This document shows, piece after piece, positions 8,999-18,820 of a stretch of DNA of 34,904 nucleotides (position 1 is its first letter; each line of letters starts with the position of its first letter). Location of the stretch: positions 1 through 34,904 of IMG/VR virus record IMGVR_UViG_3300022926_001670; one strand, written 5' to 3'. The notes under the pieces were generated by a model, which was not told the DNA's origin, ran no database searches, and was given only the letters and a program-made list of their open reading frames with translations. This stretch comes from a virus. Lineage: Duplodnaviria > Caudoviricetes. The position numbers were made by a program, and so were the translations under genes.

Positions 8999-9232
8999 AT
9001 GGCGACCGACTTAGAAAAAACAAATCTAGAAGCACACGTTGATTTGTGCGAACAGAGATATAAGAACCTTGAAACTCGTTTGACAAAAATTGAGTCCAAG
9101 GTAGAAGACATCCACGAAGACATTCAAAACGGCAATAAGAGTATGGTCAAAGTGATCATTGGTGCAACAGGAACTATTGTTGCTGGTCTATTATCCACTA
9201 TTGTTGTGTTGCTATTAAAATTCCCAGGTTAA
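8999..9232 (+). CDS. Coiled-coil protein with a C-terminal TM helix (XhlA/holin-like architecture)
   Basis: Heptad segment LETRLTKIESKVEDI followed by a hydrophobic C-terminus. Confidence 0.7.
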   Translation: MATDLEKTNLEAHVDLCEQRYKNLETRLTKIESKVEDIHEDIQNGNKSMVKVIIGATGTIVAGLLSTIVVLLLKFPG

Positions 9233-9282
9233 TACAAACACCCCCCACAACTGCTAAATATCAATACAGATTAGGTATAGGT

Positions 9283-9636
9283 ATGAAAATTACAGAAATT
9301 GTTGCAGAATCAGTAGTTCAAGTTTGGTCACGTACCAAAGGCGGACAAATGGTGCGTAAGTACAGATGCACAGCAGGTCCACGTAAAGGGCGTATTGTGA
9401 GTGCACCAGGAGTGTGTACTCAACCAAAAAGATTGGGTTCTGTGATGGCAATTAAAAAAGCCAAAGCACGTCGTGGTTCAACAATGAAAATCAAACGTGC
9501 CTTTACAAAGAAAACTTCTGCTCCTAGTGTTAGACTAGGCAGATTGAATAAACAAAGAGCAGGCAGAAATGCACCACCTAGAAGATCAAGCATGAGACAC
9601 AGAGGTGCTTACAAAAGAAAACCGATAAGAGCATGA
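9283..9636 (+). CDS. Very basic hypothetical protein, probably an internal head protein
   Basis: N-terminus MKITEIVAES, R/K-rich, TAAATA at 9255-9260. Confidence 0.75.
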   Translation: MKITEIVAESVVQVWSRTKGGQMVRKYRCTAGPRKGRIVSAPGVCTQPKRLGSVMAIKKAKARRGSTMKIKRAFTKKTSAPSVRLGRLNKQRAGRNAPPRRSSMRHRGAYKRKPIRA

Positions 9637-10016
9637 AGATAAGAGAAATTACAGAAACACCGTACCTACAAAAAACATTGAGTCAGATATCTCAACAGGT
9701 AAAAACAGGTGCACCAGTACCTCCAAACAAACTGCCTAGAGGTCCAGTAAAGTCGGCACAGATCAAAGCACCCATAAATCAAATGAACAAACAAGCAGAT
9801 CAAAAACTGATGAAACCTGGAACCACATTGCCAATGCCAACAGGTCCAAACAAAGAAACAGATTATCAAGTGGATCAAGTGAAAGGTGATCAAGTAACAA
9901 TGAAAACCAAAAGACCCACTCAACAAGCACCACAATCAATCACAGTGAATAAAAAAGATTTAAATCCTGTGATCACTAATCTACAACGTAGACAAAAAGC
10001 ACAAACATCACAATGA
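9633..10016 (+). CDS. Hypothetical Q/P/K-rich protein
   Basis: N-terminus MKIREITE. ATGA coupling. Confidence 0.75.
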   Translation: MKIREITETPYLQKTLSQISQQVKTGAPVPPNKLPRGPVKSAQIKAPINQMNKQADQKLMKPGTTLPMPTGPNKETDYQVDQVKGDQVTMKTKRPTQQAPQSITVNKKDLNPVITNLQRRQKAQTSQ

Positions 10017-10228
10017 AGATAAACGAACTTGTACAAGATTTTGTTATTCAAACCTCTAACGAAGAGAAAGCATTGTTAGGGAAACTAAAAGAAATAAAAA
10101 GACTAGACTCTTTTCTTGAAAGAGAACAAGAAGTGATAAGAAATCTAGTTCATAAAAGTCTAGTGCGTCGTATTGAACAAGACGGCAAAACATTGGTGGT
10201 GTTAAATGGATCTGCAAAAATTATCTGA
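10013..10228 (+). CDS. Hypothetical protein
   Basis: N-terminus MKINEL. ATGA coupling. Confidence 0.7.
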   Translation: MKINELVQDFVIQTSNEEKALLGKLKEIKRLDSFLEREQEVIRNLVHKSLVRRIEQDGKTLVVLNGSAKII

Positions 10229-10631
10229 TCAACTTAAAAAATTCATAGACGAACAAGCAGAACGTATGTGTATGCCTATTCAACACGGCAACAGTGTGCG
10301 TATTAAAAACTATGTGGTTCGTAAAAACAATCATGGATTCTTGCTGTATGATATTAAACAGCACAAACAGGTAGCAACCACATTTACCAAAACTGCGGCA
10401 TTGGCTATGGCACGTCAAATGTCCCAAAACAATAAAAGTAGTTTACGCATTATAGGTATAACAGACGATGAAATACAGCACAAATACAATGAATGCGTAT
10501 TCTACAAGCATACAATAGCCAGAACTGAGGACGATACTAGACGTGAAACGGCTAAAATACGTTACGATATAGTTTGGGAGGACTTGTTAAGGTTAAGAGA
10601 CTCCTTGGACAACTACATATTTGATAAATAA
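10206..10631 (+). CDS. Hypothetical phage protein
   Basis: Overlapping ORF within the operon. Confidence 0.7.
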   Translation: MDLQKLSDQLKKFIDEQAERMCMPIQHGNSVRIKNYVVRKNNHGFLLYDIKQHKQVATTFTKTAALAMARQMSQNNKSSLRIIGITDDEIQHKYNECVFYKHTIARTEDDTRRETAKIRYDIVWEDLLRLRDSLDNYIFDK

Positions 10632-10651
10632 ATTAGCGAAGGAACATATAG

Positions 10652-11854
10652 ATGAAAATAGAGCAATTTAGACACCAAACAACCACAGAACAGTTAAACG
10701 ATAGACTGGCTAAAGTGTTTGGATCAGCAATTAAACTGGATCAATTCACTGATGAGCAATTAAAAAGTGCTCAGCAAACTGTGGTTCATAAGATTGCTAA
10801 CATAGAACAAAATGAGTCCTTTGATGGTTTAAGCCATAACGAAGATTATCACAAACAAAAAATGTTTTTAGATGTAATTAATTCTGCTCTTGAAGACAGA
10901 GCCCATGAATCAAAATTACAAAATACTATAATGGTTCAAGCAGACGAATTAGTAGGCGATTATTTTGACCAGGACAAAGAAGCATTAAAAATGAATAAAA
11001 GTGCCGTAATTGCTGACATGAAGAAAAGACAGCAAACAGCAAAAGGTGAGGAAGCCAATGCTATACATTATGCTATTCAAAAAGTTGAACATGATTTCGA
11101 AGATGATGGTTCAATGAAAGACAATCCATACGAAGGCAACGAATTTGCTCTAGCAGTAAACAAAGCCAAAGCGGCAGGTATGAAAAAAGGCGACAAATTT
11201 AAAGTTGGTGATAAAGAATACACATTGAAAGATTGTGAAGATATGTTAGAAACAATGAAAAAGAAAAAAATGAAAGAAGCAAAACCAGATTTCCTAGACA
11301 TGGACAAAGATGGCGACAAAAAAGAACCAATGAAAAAAGCAATCAAAGATAAAGAAAAGAAAAAAATTAAAGAAGGCGCAGAAGAAAATGCCCAATTAGT
11401 AATGGCGGCTAAAGACATGGTTGACAAAGTTACAGGATGGATGGAAGACACAGCATCTATGCAAACAGAGTCAATGTTGGAATTAGCAGATGCTGTTAGA
11501 GATGAAATGGGTGCAGAACAATCAGAACAGTTTGTAAACACAGTTAAGCCAAGTTTAGAATCTTTATATACTTCATTAGAAGCAACAAGAGAAGCACTAA
11601 CAGGTGGCGTAGCCGTCCTGACAGGCGAACAAGCACCAGATACAATTGGTGCGGATGCTGAAGAACCTGCTATGGAACCTTCAACTGATGACGATGCGGA
11701 TACAGATATGCCAGATGTGGCAGATGACTTTGCCGCAAGCGAACCAGCATCAGGTGGTGAAGAACCAGCAGACAGAGGCAAAAGAGAATCATTCATAAGA
11801 TTGTCTAGAAGACTTGCTGAAACACTTTCTACAAGATCAAAAAAAAAGGCTTAA
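10652..11854 (+). CDS. Acidic helical protein, prohead core/internal-protein-like
   Basis: TAAATA at 10625-10630. Several xxE-(S/A/G) sites, a KPDFLDMDKDGDKKE motif and an acidic tail. Ends in an A9G run. Confidence 0.75.
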   Translation: MKIEQFRHQTTTEQLNDRLAKVFGSAIKLDQFTDEQLKSAQQTVVHKIANIEQNESFDGLSHNEDYHKQKMFLDVINSALEDRAHESKLQNTIMVQADELVGDYFDQDKEALKMNKSAVIADMKKRQQTAKGEEANAIHYAIQKVEHDFEDDGSMKDNPYEGNEFALAVNKAKAAGMKKGDKFKVGDKEYTLKDCEDMLETMKKKKMKEAKPDFLDMDKDGDKKEPMKKAIKDKEKKKIKEGAEENAQLVMAAKDMVDKVTGWMEDTASMQTESMLELADAVRDEMGAEQSEQFVNTVKPSLESLYTSLEATREALTGGVAVLTGEQAPDTIGADAEEPAMEPSTDDDADTDMPDVADDFAASEPASGGEEPADRGKRESFIRLSRRLAETLSTRSKKKA

Positions 11855-12177
11855 TTTCTGAGGCCTCTAACATCGATTTAATTCGTGTTCTGAGAAATTT
11901 GATCAGCAGTGCTGACTCACAAAATCAAAAAGCGTATTTGACTTTTGATGCTCTTAACAAAATTTTAACCAATGTTGGAGGCGTCAGTGTCAATCATGAT
12001 GCTTTCAAATCTGCATACGATTCAAATCCAGCAATAAAAAAAATGATTAAGAACTTTGATAAGTCTGGTATCACACTGGACACAGATGCAGAATCACCTG
12101 ATCTGCCTACCAAAAAAGGTGCTCGTGGATCCAGTCTATCCACCATGGCAAAGAGAGCAACCAAAAAACGCCAATAA
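11848..12177 (+). CDS. Hypothetical domain, probably a -1 frameshift extension of 10652..11854
   Basis: Frame open from 11821. No ATG in its 5' half and no RBS before the TTG at 11899. Reads GLISEASNIDLIRVLRNLISS... directly after TCA AAA AAA AAG. Confidence 0.6.
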   Translation, partial: GLISEASNIDLIRVLRNLISSADSQNQKAYLTFDALNKILTNVGGVSVNHDAFKSAYDSNPAIKKMIKNFDKSGITLDTDAESPDLPTKKGARGSSLSTMAKRATKKRQ

Positions 12178-12180
12178 CAC

Positions 12181-12209
12181 TTGACATTTCCGCTAACATA
12201 CTATACAAT
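12181..12209 (+). promoter_or_regulatory. Sigma70-type promoter
   Basis: TTGACA-N17-TACAAT, 14 nt before ATG 12224. Confidence 0.75.
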
Positions 12210-12223
12210 TAGTATTTTGCTCA

Positions 12224-12907
12224 ATGACATTAATAACAAACAAAATCGATTACAAAAAACTTTCACGCAGTTCTCAAAACGGAAAAAGAGTTTATCAGTG
12301 TCCGGATGGAAATGCTGTGGCAAGTGTTACCACAATATTAGATTCAACCAAAGACAAAACACATCTTATTGAATGGCGTAAAAGAGTGGGCGAACAAACT
12401 GCCACTCGTATCACAACAGAAGCGGCAGGCATAGGAACTCGTATGCACAAATACATTGAAGATTATATCGTCAAAGGTGCGTGGACATCACCAGGATCCA
12501 ATCCGTATGCTCAACAGGCATTTGACATGGCTCAAATAGTTTACAAAAATGCACTGGTCGATGTGAATGAAATATGGGGATCAGAAGTCAGTTTGTACTT
12601 TCCTAAAATATATGCAGGCACCACAGACTGTGTGGGAGAATACAAAGGAGCACCGTGCATCATCGACTTCAAACAAACCAACAAACCCAAAAAGAAAGAA
12701 TGGATTGAAGATTATTTTTTACAATTGGTTGCTTATGCTGAAGCACACAATGAAGTGTATGGTACAGATATTAAAGAAGGACACGTGTTTATGTGTGCTA
12801 GAAATTTGACATACCAACAATTTGACATCACACCAGCAAATTATAGCAAATACAAAGACGAATGGTGGCGTAGAGTAGAAGAATACTACATTAAACACGC
12901 AGTTTAA
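12224..12907 (+). CDS. PD-(D/E)XK phage exonuclease
   Basis: SVTTIL, GTRMH, GSE, YAGTTD, IIDFKQT and QLVAYA motifs. Confidence 0.88.
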   Translation: MTLITNKIDYKKLSRSSQNGKRVYQCPDGNAVASVTTILDSTKDKTHLIEWRKRVGEQTATRITTEAAGIGTRMHKYIEDYIVKGAWTSPGSNPYAQQAFDMAQIVYKNALVDVNEIWGSEVSLYFPKIYAGTTDCVGEYKGAPCIIDFKQTNKPKKKEWIEDYFLQLVAYAEAHNEVYGTDIKEGHVFMCARNLTYQQFDITPANYSKYKDEWWRRVEEYYIKHAV

Positions 12908-12965
12908 ATATCAATATCAATTTACATCATATACAACGATAAATACTCACAGCAGGAGAAAAACA

Positions 12966-14579
12966 TTGGCTATTGTATCGATATCAAGAATTCAAATACG
13001 CAGAGGTAGAAAGAACGCAGGTTCTGGATTACCACAACTTGCAGGTGGAGAACTGGGTTGGGCAGTAGATACACAAGAACTATACATAGGAAATGGTGCT
13101 GTATCAGAAGGTGCACCAGCAGTAGGCAATTCAAAAGTTTTAACTGAACACGACAACCTATTTGAACTGAGTGATCAATACACTTATCGTAATGGATCCA
13201 ATGTTCAAACAGGAGCCACATCAGCAACACCTATCAGACGAAGTTTACAAGCAAGATTAGATGATGAAGTTAGTGTGCGTTCATTTGGAGCATCAGGTGA
13301 CGGCACTGATCAAACAGCGGCATTACAAAGAGCAGTGGATCAATTATTTTTACCATGGAGCAGTTCAACAGATGCTGACAATTATAAAAAAAGAATTACA
13401 TTAAAATTACACGCAGGTGTGTATTCAATTTCAAACAGTATCAAACTTCCACCTTATGCAAGTTTAATTGGTGATGGTAGTGAAAAAACTGTTATTAGAC
13501 AAACAGGAGCGTTTCCTGTTTTTGAAACAGTAAATGGCGAGGGCATTGCGGCACAAACAACATCTATCAATCAAGCAACCAACATAAGATTATCTGGAAT
13601 GACATTACAAAGTAATACAACTCATCCTGGATTAAAATTAGCAAGTTGTAAAAGAAGCAGTTTCACAGATATTCATGTGAAAGGTCCTTGGACACAATCA
13701 GGTGTAGGTTCTACTATTGTGGCAACTCAAGTGGGTATTTTATTACAAGCAACATCAACACCAGTTACATCACAAGACAATAATTTTGATCAAGTTTCTG
13801 TGACAGGATTTTCATATGCTGTATTAAGTGATCATGATGTTCAACACAATGTTTTTGAAAACAGTGTATTTGAAGGTTGTGGTTATGGTGTAGTATTTGG
13901 ATTGAATACAGTATTAGGTCAGGTTGCTCAAGCCACAGGTCCAATTAATAACACAATCAGTGGTTCAAAATTTATAGATATTAATAGAAATGGTTTTTGG
14001 ATTAAAGAAGGAAAAGGAAATATTAGTAAGAATAATAATTTTTCTAAAGTGGGTAATGATGCTGGATTGGAAACAGCACCAGTTTCAAGTGTAATTAAAT
14101 TTGATAAGCCGAGCAACGTTTCTCATCATGACTTCTTTGCTAGAACAAGTCAATTGATTAGATCATTTGTTGGAAACGTTCCTTATGTAGCAGAAATAGA
14201 AGGAGAGTTTGCAGGAGAGTTTGCTTTCACTACAAATTTCACTATTGGACAATTAAATGCTTATTCTAATTTTATCAAGTTACCAGCAGACTCAAGTAAA
14301 ACATTTCAAGTAGATTATCAATACAAAGCAACAGTAGATACAGGTATGAGAAAAGGCACACTCACAATTTTAATTGACAAAACAAATAACACCAGCCACA
14401 TCAGTGACAGTTATGATCATCAAGGCACCAATGCTGATTTGTTAACATTCAAAGCACAACTAACAGATCAAAACGCAGATGCTAACTTTGAGACTCTTGT
14501 TATTACAGCAATTAATCCTGCTCCTGTTCAAGCAAGTGAATTAGCAGATGTCACACTCCAACTTAGAAATATCTCTTAA
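12966..14579 (+). CDS. Tail fibre/spike-like virion protein (Mtd_N-like N-terminus plus pectate-lyase-like beta-helix)
   Basis: IQIRRG...LAGGELGWAVDTQELYIGNG, SVRSFGASGDGTDQTAALQRA and beta-helix repeats. TTG start with AGGAG. TAAATA at 12940-12945. Confidence 0.8.
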   Translation: MAIVSISRIQIRRGRKNAGSGLPQLAGGELGWAVDTQELYIGNGAVSEGAPAVGNSKVLTEHDNLFELSDQYTYRNGSNVQTGATSATPIRRSLQARLDDEVSVRSFGASGDGTDQTAALQRAVDQLFLPWSSSTDADNYKKRITLKLHAGVYSISNSIKLPPYASLIGDGSEKTVIRQTGAFPVFETVNGEGIAAQTTSINQATNIRLSGMTLQSNTTHPGLKLASCKRSSFTDIHVKGPWTQSGVGSTIVATQVGILLQATSTPVTSQDNNFDQVSVTGFSYAVLSDHDVQHNVFENSVFEGCGYGVVFGLNTVLGQVAQATGPINNTISGSKFIDINRNGFWIKEGKGNISKNNNFSKVGNDAGLETAPVSSVIKFDKPSNVSHHDFFARTSQLIRSFVGNVPYVAEIEGEFAGEFAFTTNFTIGQLNAYSNFIKLPADSSKTFQVDYQYKATVDTGMRKGTLTILIDKTNNTSHISDSYDHQGTNADLLTFKAQLTDQNADANFETLVITAINPAPVQASELADVTLQLRNIS

Positions 14580-15036
14580 ACCAAATATATTTTACGGAAA
14601 TTATCAAGAACGTCTCAAGGACTGGCAACAAATTCGAAATATCATCAATGAGTTATCTGATCCTACAGATTATCTTGTAGAAGTTTTTAAATTGTGTCCA
14701 AGAACCAAAACTACAACTGATCCATATAAATCCGAAACTTGGTTAACAGGTTGGCAACTGATCGAAAGAAATGAGTATGATTTATTTGACATTTGTTTGT
14801 TATTAAGTTATACTATTATATTAACTGATAATTTTAAGAAAGAAAATGTTAAGATACATACAGTTTATAAAAAGGAATGTGATTCCAACAACCGTAAGTT
14901 TAGTTATATTATTGAAATGAAAAACAGTTTGATAGACGCATATAGTATGGCAAAATTAAACAATTTAGAGTTTGACAATAATTACATTCTGCATTATACT
15001 ACCGACATACACAAAACGATAAATATTAAGAACTAA
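14548..15036 (+). CDS. Hypothetical phage protein
   Basis: 162-aa ORF between the tail gene and nrdA. Confidence 0.65.
   Translation: MSHSNLEISLKPNIFYGNYQERLKDWQQIRNIINELSDPTDYLVEVFKLCPRTKTTTDPYKSETWLTGWQLIERNEYDLFDICLLLSYTIILTDNFKKENVKIHTVYKKECDSNNRKFSYIIEMKNSLIDAYSMAKLNNLEFDNNYILHYTTDIHKTINIKN
14786..14814 (+). promoter_or_regulatory. Sigma70-type promoter inside a CDS, upstream of nrdA
   Basis: TTGACA-N17-TATACT. Confidence 0.55.
14972..15000 (+). promoter_or_regulatory. Sigma70-type promoter for nrdA
   Basis: TTGACA-N17-TATACT. TAAATA also present at 15020-15025. Confidence 0.7.
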
Positions 15037-15065
15037 TAGGGAATAAGAATAAGAATAGGAATACA

Positions 15066-17486
15066 ATGGAATTGACTGCGTCTAAGGAACAAATCACAAA
15101 TACTTCCACAATAAAAATTAAAAAAAGAGATGGTAGATTAGAGCCATTAGATATCGATAAAATTCATTTTGTCGTAGAAGAGGCTTGCGAAGGTTTAGCA
15201 GGCGTGTCTAGTTCACAAATAGAGATTAATGCCAACATTCAATTCTATGACGGCATGACAACAAAAGAAGTTCAACAAATTTTAGTAAGATCGGCGAATG
15301 ATCTTATTTCATTGGATGCACCCAACTATCAGTTTGCCGCGGCAAGATTACTTTCGTATGATGTAAGAAAAGAAGCACATGGGCAATATGAATATTTGCC
15401 GTTGTTAAAGTTAATACTAAGAAATATTAAAGCCGGTGTATATGACAGAGGCATTGTAGAAAAATACAATAAGACTGAAATTAAAAAAATGAACACTTGG
15501 ATCAAACGTGAAAGAGATTTAGATTTTACATACGCAGGATTGAGACAGGTGGTAGACAAGTATCTTGTTCAAGATAGATCATCAGGAGATTTATTTGAAA
15601 CTCCTCAAGATATGTACATGATGATAGCGGCAACATTGTTTGCTGAATATCCTGCCAAAACAAGAATGAGTTATGTTAAAAAATATTACGATGCGATATC
15701 AACATTCAAAATTAATATTCCTACGCCGGTAATGGCAGGAGTAAGAACACCTATTAGACAATTTGCGTCATGTGTTTTAATAGATTCAGATGATACACTA
15801 CCTTCAATTTTTTCAAGCGACATGGCAATTGGTTTATACGTTGCCAGACGTGCTGGTATAGGAATCAATGCAGGACGTATCAGAGGTATCAATGCTAAAA
15901 TAAGAGGAGGAGAGGTTCAGCACACAGGAGTCATTCCGTTCCTTAAAAAATTCGAATCCACTGTGAGATGTTGTACACAGAATGGTGTGCGTGGTGGATC
16001 AGCAACTGTACACTTTCCAATATGGCACCAAGAGATTGAAGACATACTTGTATTAAAAAACAACAAAGGCACAGAAGACAACAGAGTGCGTAAGTTGGAT
16101 TATTCTATTCAGATAACAAAACTGTTCTATGAAAGATTTATGAACGATGAAGACATCACTTTGTTTTCTCCACATGATGCACCTGGATTGTATGAGTCAT
16201 TTGGCACAGACAAGTTTGATGCTTTATATAAAAAATATGAAAAAGATTCATCAATCAAAAAGAAAACAATTCCAGCACAGGAACTGTTCAGCGACCTTTT
16301 AAAAGAAAGAGCAGAAACAGGACGTATCTACATAATGAATTTGGATCATTGTAACTCACACTCATCATTCAAAGATAAAGTTAATATGTCAAATCTTTGT
16401 CAAGAGATCACACTGCCTACAACACCTATCAGTTCAATAGATGACTCACAAGGCGAAATAGCATTGTGTATATTGAGTGCTATCAATGTGGGACAATTAA
16501 ACAATCTAGATGACTTGGAAAATTTATGTGACTTGGCTGTTAGAGCATTGGAAGAAATTATAGAGTATCAAGATTATCCAGTCAAAGCGGCAGAAATCAG
16601 CACTAAAAAACGTAGAAGTTTAGGTATTGGTTATATTGGATTGGCGCACTATCTTGCCAAACAGGGTTTCAAGTATTCAGACAAAGGTGCTTGGGACAGT
16701 GTAGATAGATTATCCGAAGCATTTCAATTCTATCTTTTAAGAGCAAGTAACAACATCGCAAAAGAAAAAGGTGCGTGTGAAGGATTTTCTAGCACAAAAT
16801 ATGCAGATGGCTTGTTACCCATAGACCACTACAAAAAAGATGTGGACGAAATTGTGCCACACAAACAGAGAATGGCATGGGAAACTTTAAGAAAAGATAT
16901 TGCCAAACACGGATTAAGACACAGCACACTGTCAGCACAGATGCCATCGGAATCAAGTTCAGTGGTCTCAAACGAGACAAATGGCATTGAACCACCAAGA
17001 GCATTGTTATCCATTAAGAAAAGTAAAAAAGGACCACTCAAACAGATAGTGCCAGGCTTTCCTAAATTAAAAAATGCCTACACACTGCTTTGGGAAATGC
17101 CCAGCAATGAAGGATACATTAATGTTGTGGCAATGATGCAGAAGTATTTCGACCAAGCCATATCAGGCAACTGGAGTTACAATCCATTACAATTTGATAA
17201 CAATGAAGTACCAATTTCAGTGATGGCTCAAGATATGCTGACAGCATACAAATATGGTTGGAAAACTTCTTATTATCAAAACACTTACGACTTCAAAGGT
17301 GAAGAAGAAGATGTGCAACCAGCAGGCATTGATATCGAACAAGCAGTTGAATCTAAACGATTAAATGGACACATGAATAGTGAACATATCAACGGAGCAA
17401 ATGGCGAACACATAAATGGTGACGCCACTGTAGAAGAACAATTAGCAGAGTTGGAAGATGGCGAATGCGACGCCTGTACAATATAG
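15066..17486 (+). CDS. nrdA: Class Ia ribonucleotide reductase alpha subunit
   Basis: ATP cone (IKKRDG), QFASC, SNLCQEI, KTSYY and C-terminal CDAC. Confidence 0.98.
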   Translation: MELTASKEQITNTSTIKIKKRDGRLEPLDIDKIHFVVEEACEGLAGVSSSQIEINANIQFYDGMTTKEVQQILVRSANDLISLDAPNYQFAAARLLSYDVRKEAHGQYEYLPLLKLILRNIKAGVYDRGIVEKYNKTEIKKMNTWIKRERDLDFTYAGLRQVVDKYLVQDRSSGDLFETPQDMYMMIAATLFAEYPAKTRMSYVKKYYDAISTFKINIPTPVMAGVRTPIRQFASCVLIDSDDTLPSIFSSDMAIGLYVARRAGIGINAGRIRGINAKIRGGEVQHTGVIPFLKKFESTVRCCTQNGVRGGSATVHFPIWHQEIEDILVLKNNKGTEDNRVRKLDYSIQITKLFYERFMNDEDITLFSPHDAPGLYESFGTDKFDALYKKYEKDSSIKKKTIPAQELFSDLLKERAETGRIYIMNLDHCNSHSSFKDKVNMSNLCQEITLPTTPISSIDDSQGEIALCILSAINVGQLNNLDDLENLCDLAVRALEEIIEYQDYPVKAAEISTKKRRSLGIGYIGLAHYLAKQGFKYSDKGAWDSVDRLSEAFQFYLLRASNNIAKEKGACEGFSSTKYADGLLPIDHYKKDVDEIVPHKQRMAWETLRKDIAKHGLRHSTLSAQMPSESSSVVSNETNGIEPPRALLSIKKSKKGPLKQIVPGFPKLKNAYTLLWEMPSNEGYINVVAMMQKYFDQAISGNWSYNPLQFDNNEVPISVMAQDMLTAYKYGWKTSYYQNTYDFKGEEEDVQPAGIDIEQAVESKRLNGHMNSEHINGANGEHINGDATVEEQLAELEDGECDACTI

Positions 17487-17534
17487 AGTTGACAAAATCA
17501 AAAAAAGAAATAGTATTAGATAATTAATTTAGAT

Positions 17535-18635
17535 ATGACAAAAACTGTTTTTAACAAAAATAATATAGATTTTACCAAACAGCCCATGTTCTTTGGTGAG
17601 GATGGTGGCGTACAAAGATACGACGATTTTAAATATCCTCAGTTTGACAAGTTGAATCAAACTATGATTGGTTACTTTTGGAGACCAGAAGAAGTTTCAT
17701 TACAAAAAGACAGAGCAGATTATCAAGGATTCAGACCAGAACAAAAACACATATTCACAAGCAATCTAAAATATCAAACACTGTTGGATTCAGTGCAAGG
17801 CAGAGGACCAAGTCTTATGTTCCTACCGTATGTTTCAAATCCAGAGTTGGAAGGCTGTATTGTGACTTGGGATTTCTTTGAAACCATACACTCTAGATCA
17901 TACACACACATAATGAAAAACGTTTACAGTGATCCTGCAGAAGTTTTTGATACTATTTTAGATGATAAAGAAATTTTAAAAAGAGCACAGTCAGTTACCG
18001 GAGAGTATGATAAGTTTGGTAAAATGGCATTAGATTATGCTGTTGGTAAAAAAGTGGATATGGTTGATCTTAAAAGACAACTGTATCTAGCAATGAACAC
18101 TGTGAACTTGTTAGAAGGTTTAAGATTTTATATTTCATTTGCTTGTACATTTGCGTTTGGTGAACTAAAACTTATGGAAGGTTCAGCAAAAATACTTTCA
18201 TTGATTGCTAGAGATGAAGCAACACACTTGAATCTATCCACACACATTATCAAAGCATGGCACAAAGGAGATGATTCTGAAATGACCAAAGCAATCAAAG
18301 GCACAGAAAAAACTGTGATTCAAATGTTTAAAGATTGTGTAGATGAAGAAAAAGCCTGGGCAAAGCATTTATTCAAGGATGGTTCTTTAATTGGATTAAA
18401 CGAAAAATTGTTGGGACAGTATGTGGAATGGATTGCTAACAAAAGATTGAGAGCATTAGGTTACGATCCAATATATGATGTGTCAGCATCACAAAATCCT
18501 CTGCCTTGGACACAGCATTGGTTATCATCAAAAGGTATGCAGGTGGCTCCTCAAGAAACTGAAGTCGAATCTTATATCGTTGGTGGTATCAAACAAGACG
18601 TTCAAAAAGATCAATTTAAAAAATTTAAATTATAA
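17535..18635 (+). CDS. nrdB: Class Ia ribonucleotide reductase beta subunit
   Basis: FWRPEE, LLDSVQ, ETIHSRSY, EGLRFY, DEATH and APQETEVESY. Confidence 0.98.
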   Translation: MTKTVFNKNNIDFTKQPMFFGEDGGVQRYDDFKYPQFDKLNQTMIGYFWRPEEVSLQKDRADYQGFRPEQKHIFTSNLKYQTLLDSVQGRGPSLMFLPYVSNPELEGCIVTWDFFETIHSRSYTHIMKNVYSDPAEVFDTILDDKEILKRAQSVTGEYDKFGKMALDYAVGKKVDMVDLKRQLYLAMNTVNLLEGLRFYISFACTFAFGELKLMEGSAKILSLIARDEATHLNLSTHIIKAWHKGDDSEMTKAIKGTEKTVIQMFKDCVDEEKAWAKHLFKDGSLIGLNEKLLGQYVEWIANKRLRALGYDPIYDVSASQNPLPWTQHWLSSKGMQVAPQETEVESYIVGGIKQDVQKDQFKKFKL

Positions 18636-18814
18636 TGATAGATTATTCTTCCATGAATGGACTAGAAGTGTTACTGCTGTTGCTGACTAGCAGAGAAGGA
18701 TATTTTCTTTGGGGCATAATGGGAGCCGCTATCATAATTTGGATAGCAAGTCTTGTATCAGATAATTCTGAAGAATATTCCAAGCACATCAAAAACGACG
18801 AACACCCTTATTAA
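18635..18814 (+). CDS. 59-aa membrane protein (absent from the ORF track)
   Basis: TAATG coupling to nrdB. Translation: MIDYSSMNGLEVLLLLLTSREGYFLWGIMGAAIIIWIASLVSDNSEEYSKHIKNDEHPY. Confidence 0.65.
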   Translation: MIDYSSMNGLEVLLLLLTSREGYFLWGIMGAAIIIWIASLVSDNSEEYSKHIKNDEHPY

Positions 18815-18820
18815 ATACTA

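Noticed and set aside
11077-11796. 239-aa minus-strand ORF and the many other short antisense or alternate-frame ORFs in the track
   Set aside because: They are shadows of well-supported genes, with no RBS or recognisable motifs.
12224-12907. Cas4 or CRISPR system
   Set aside because: No Fe-S Cys cluster pattern, no other cas genes and no repeat-spacer array were seen.
15066-18635. Intron, intein or homing endonuclease in nrdAB
   Set aside because: Both ORFs are continuous and of near-normal length.
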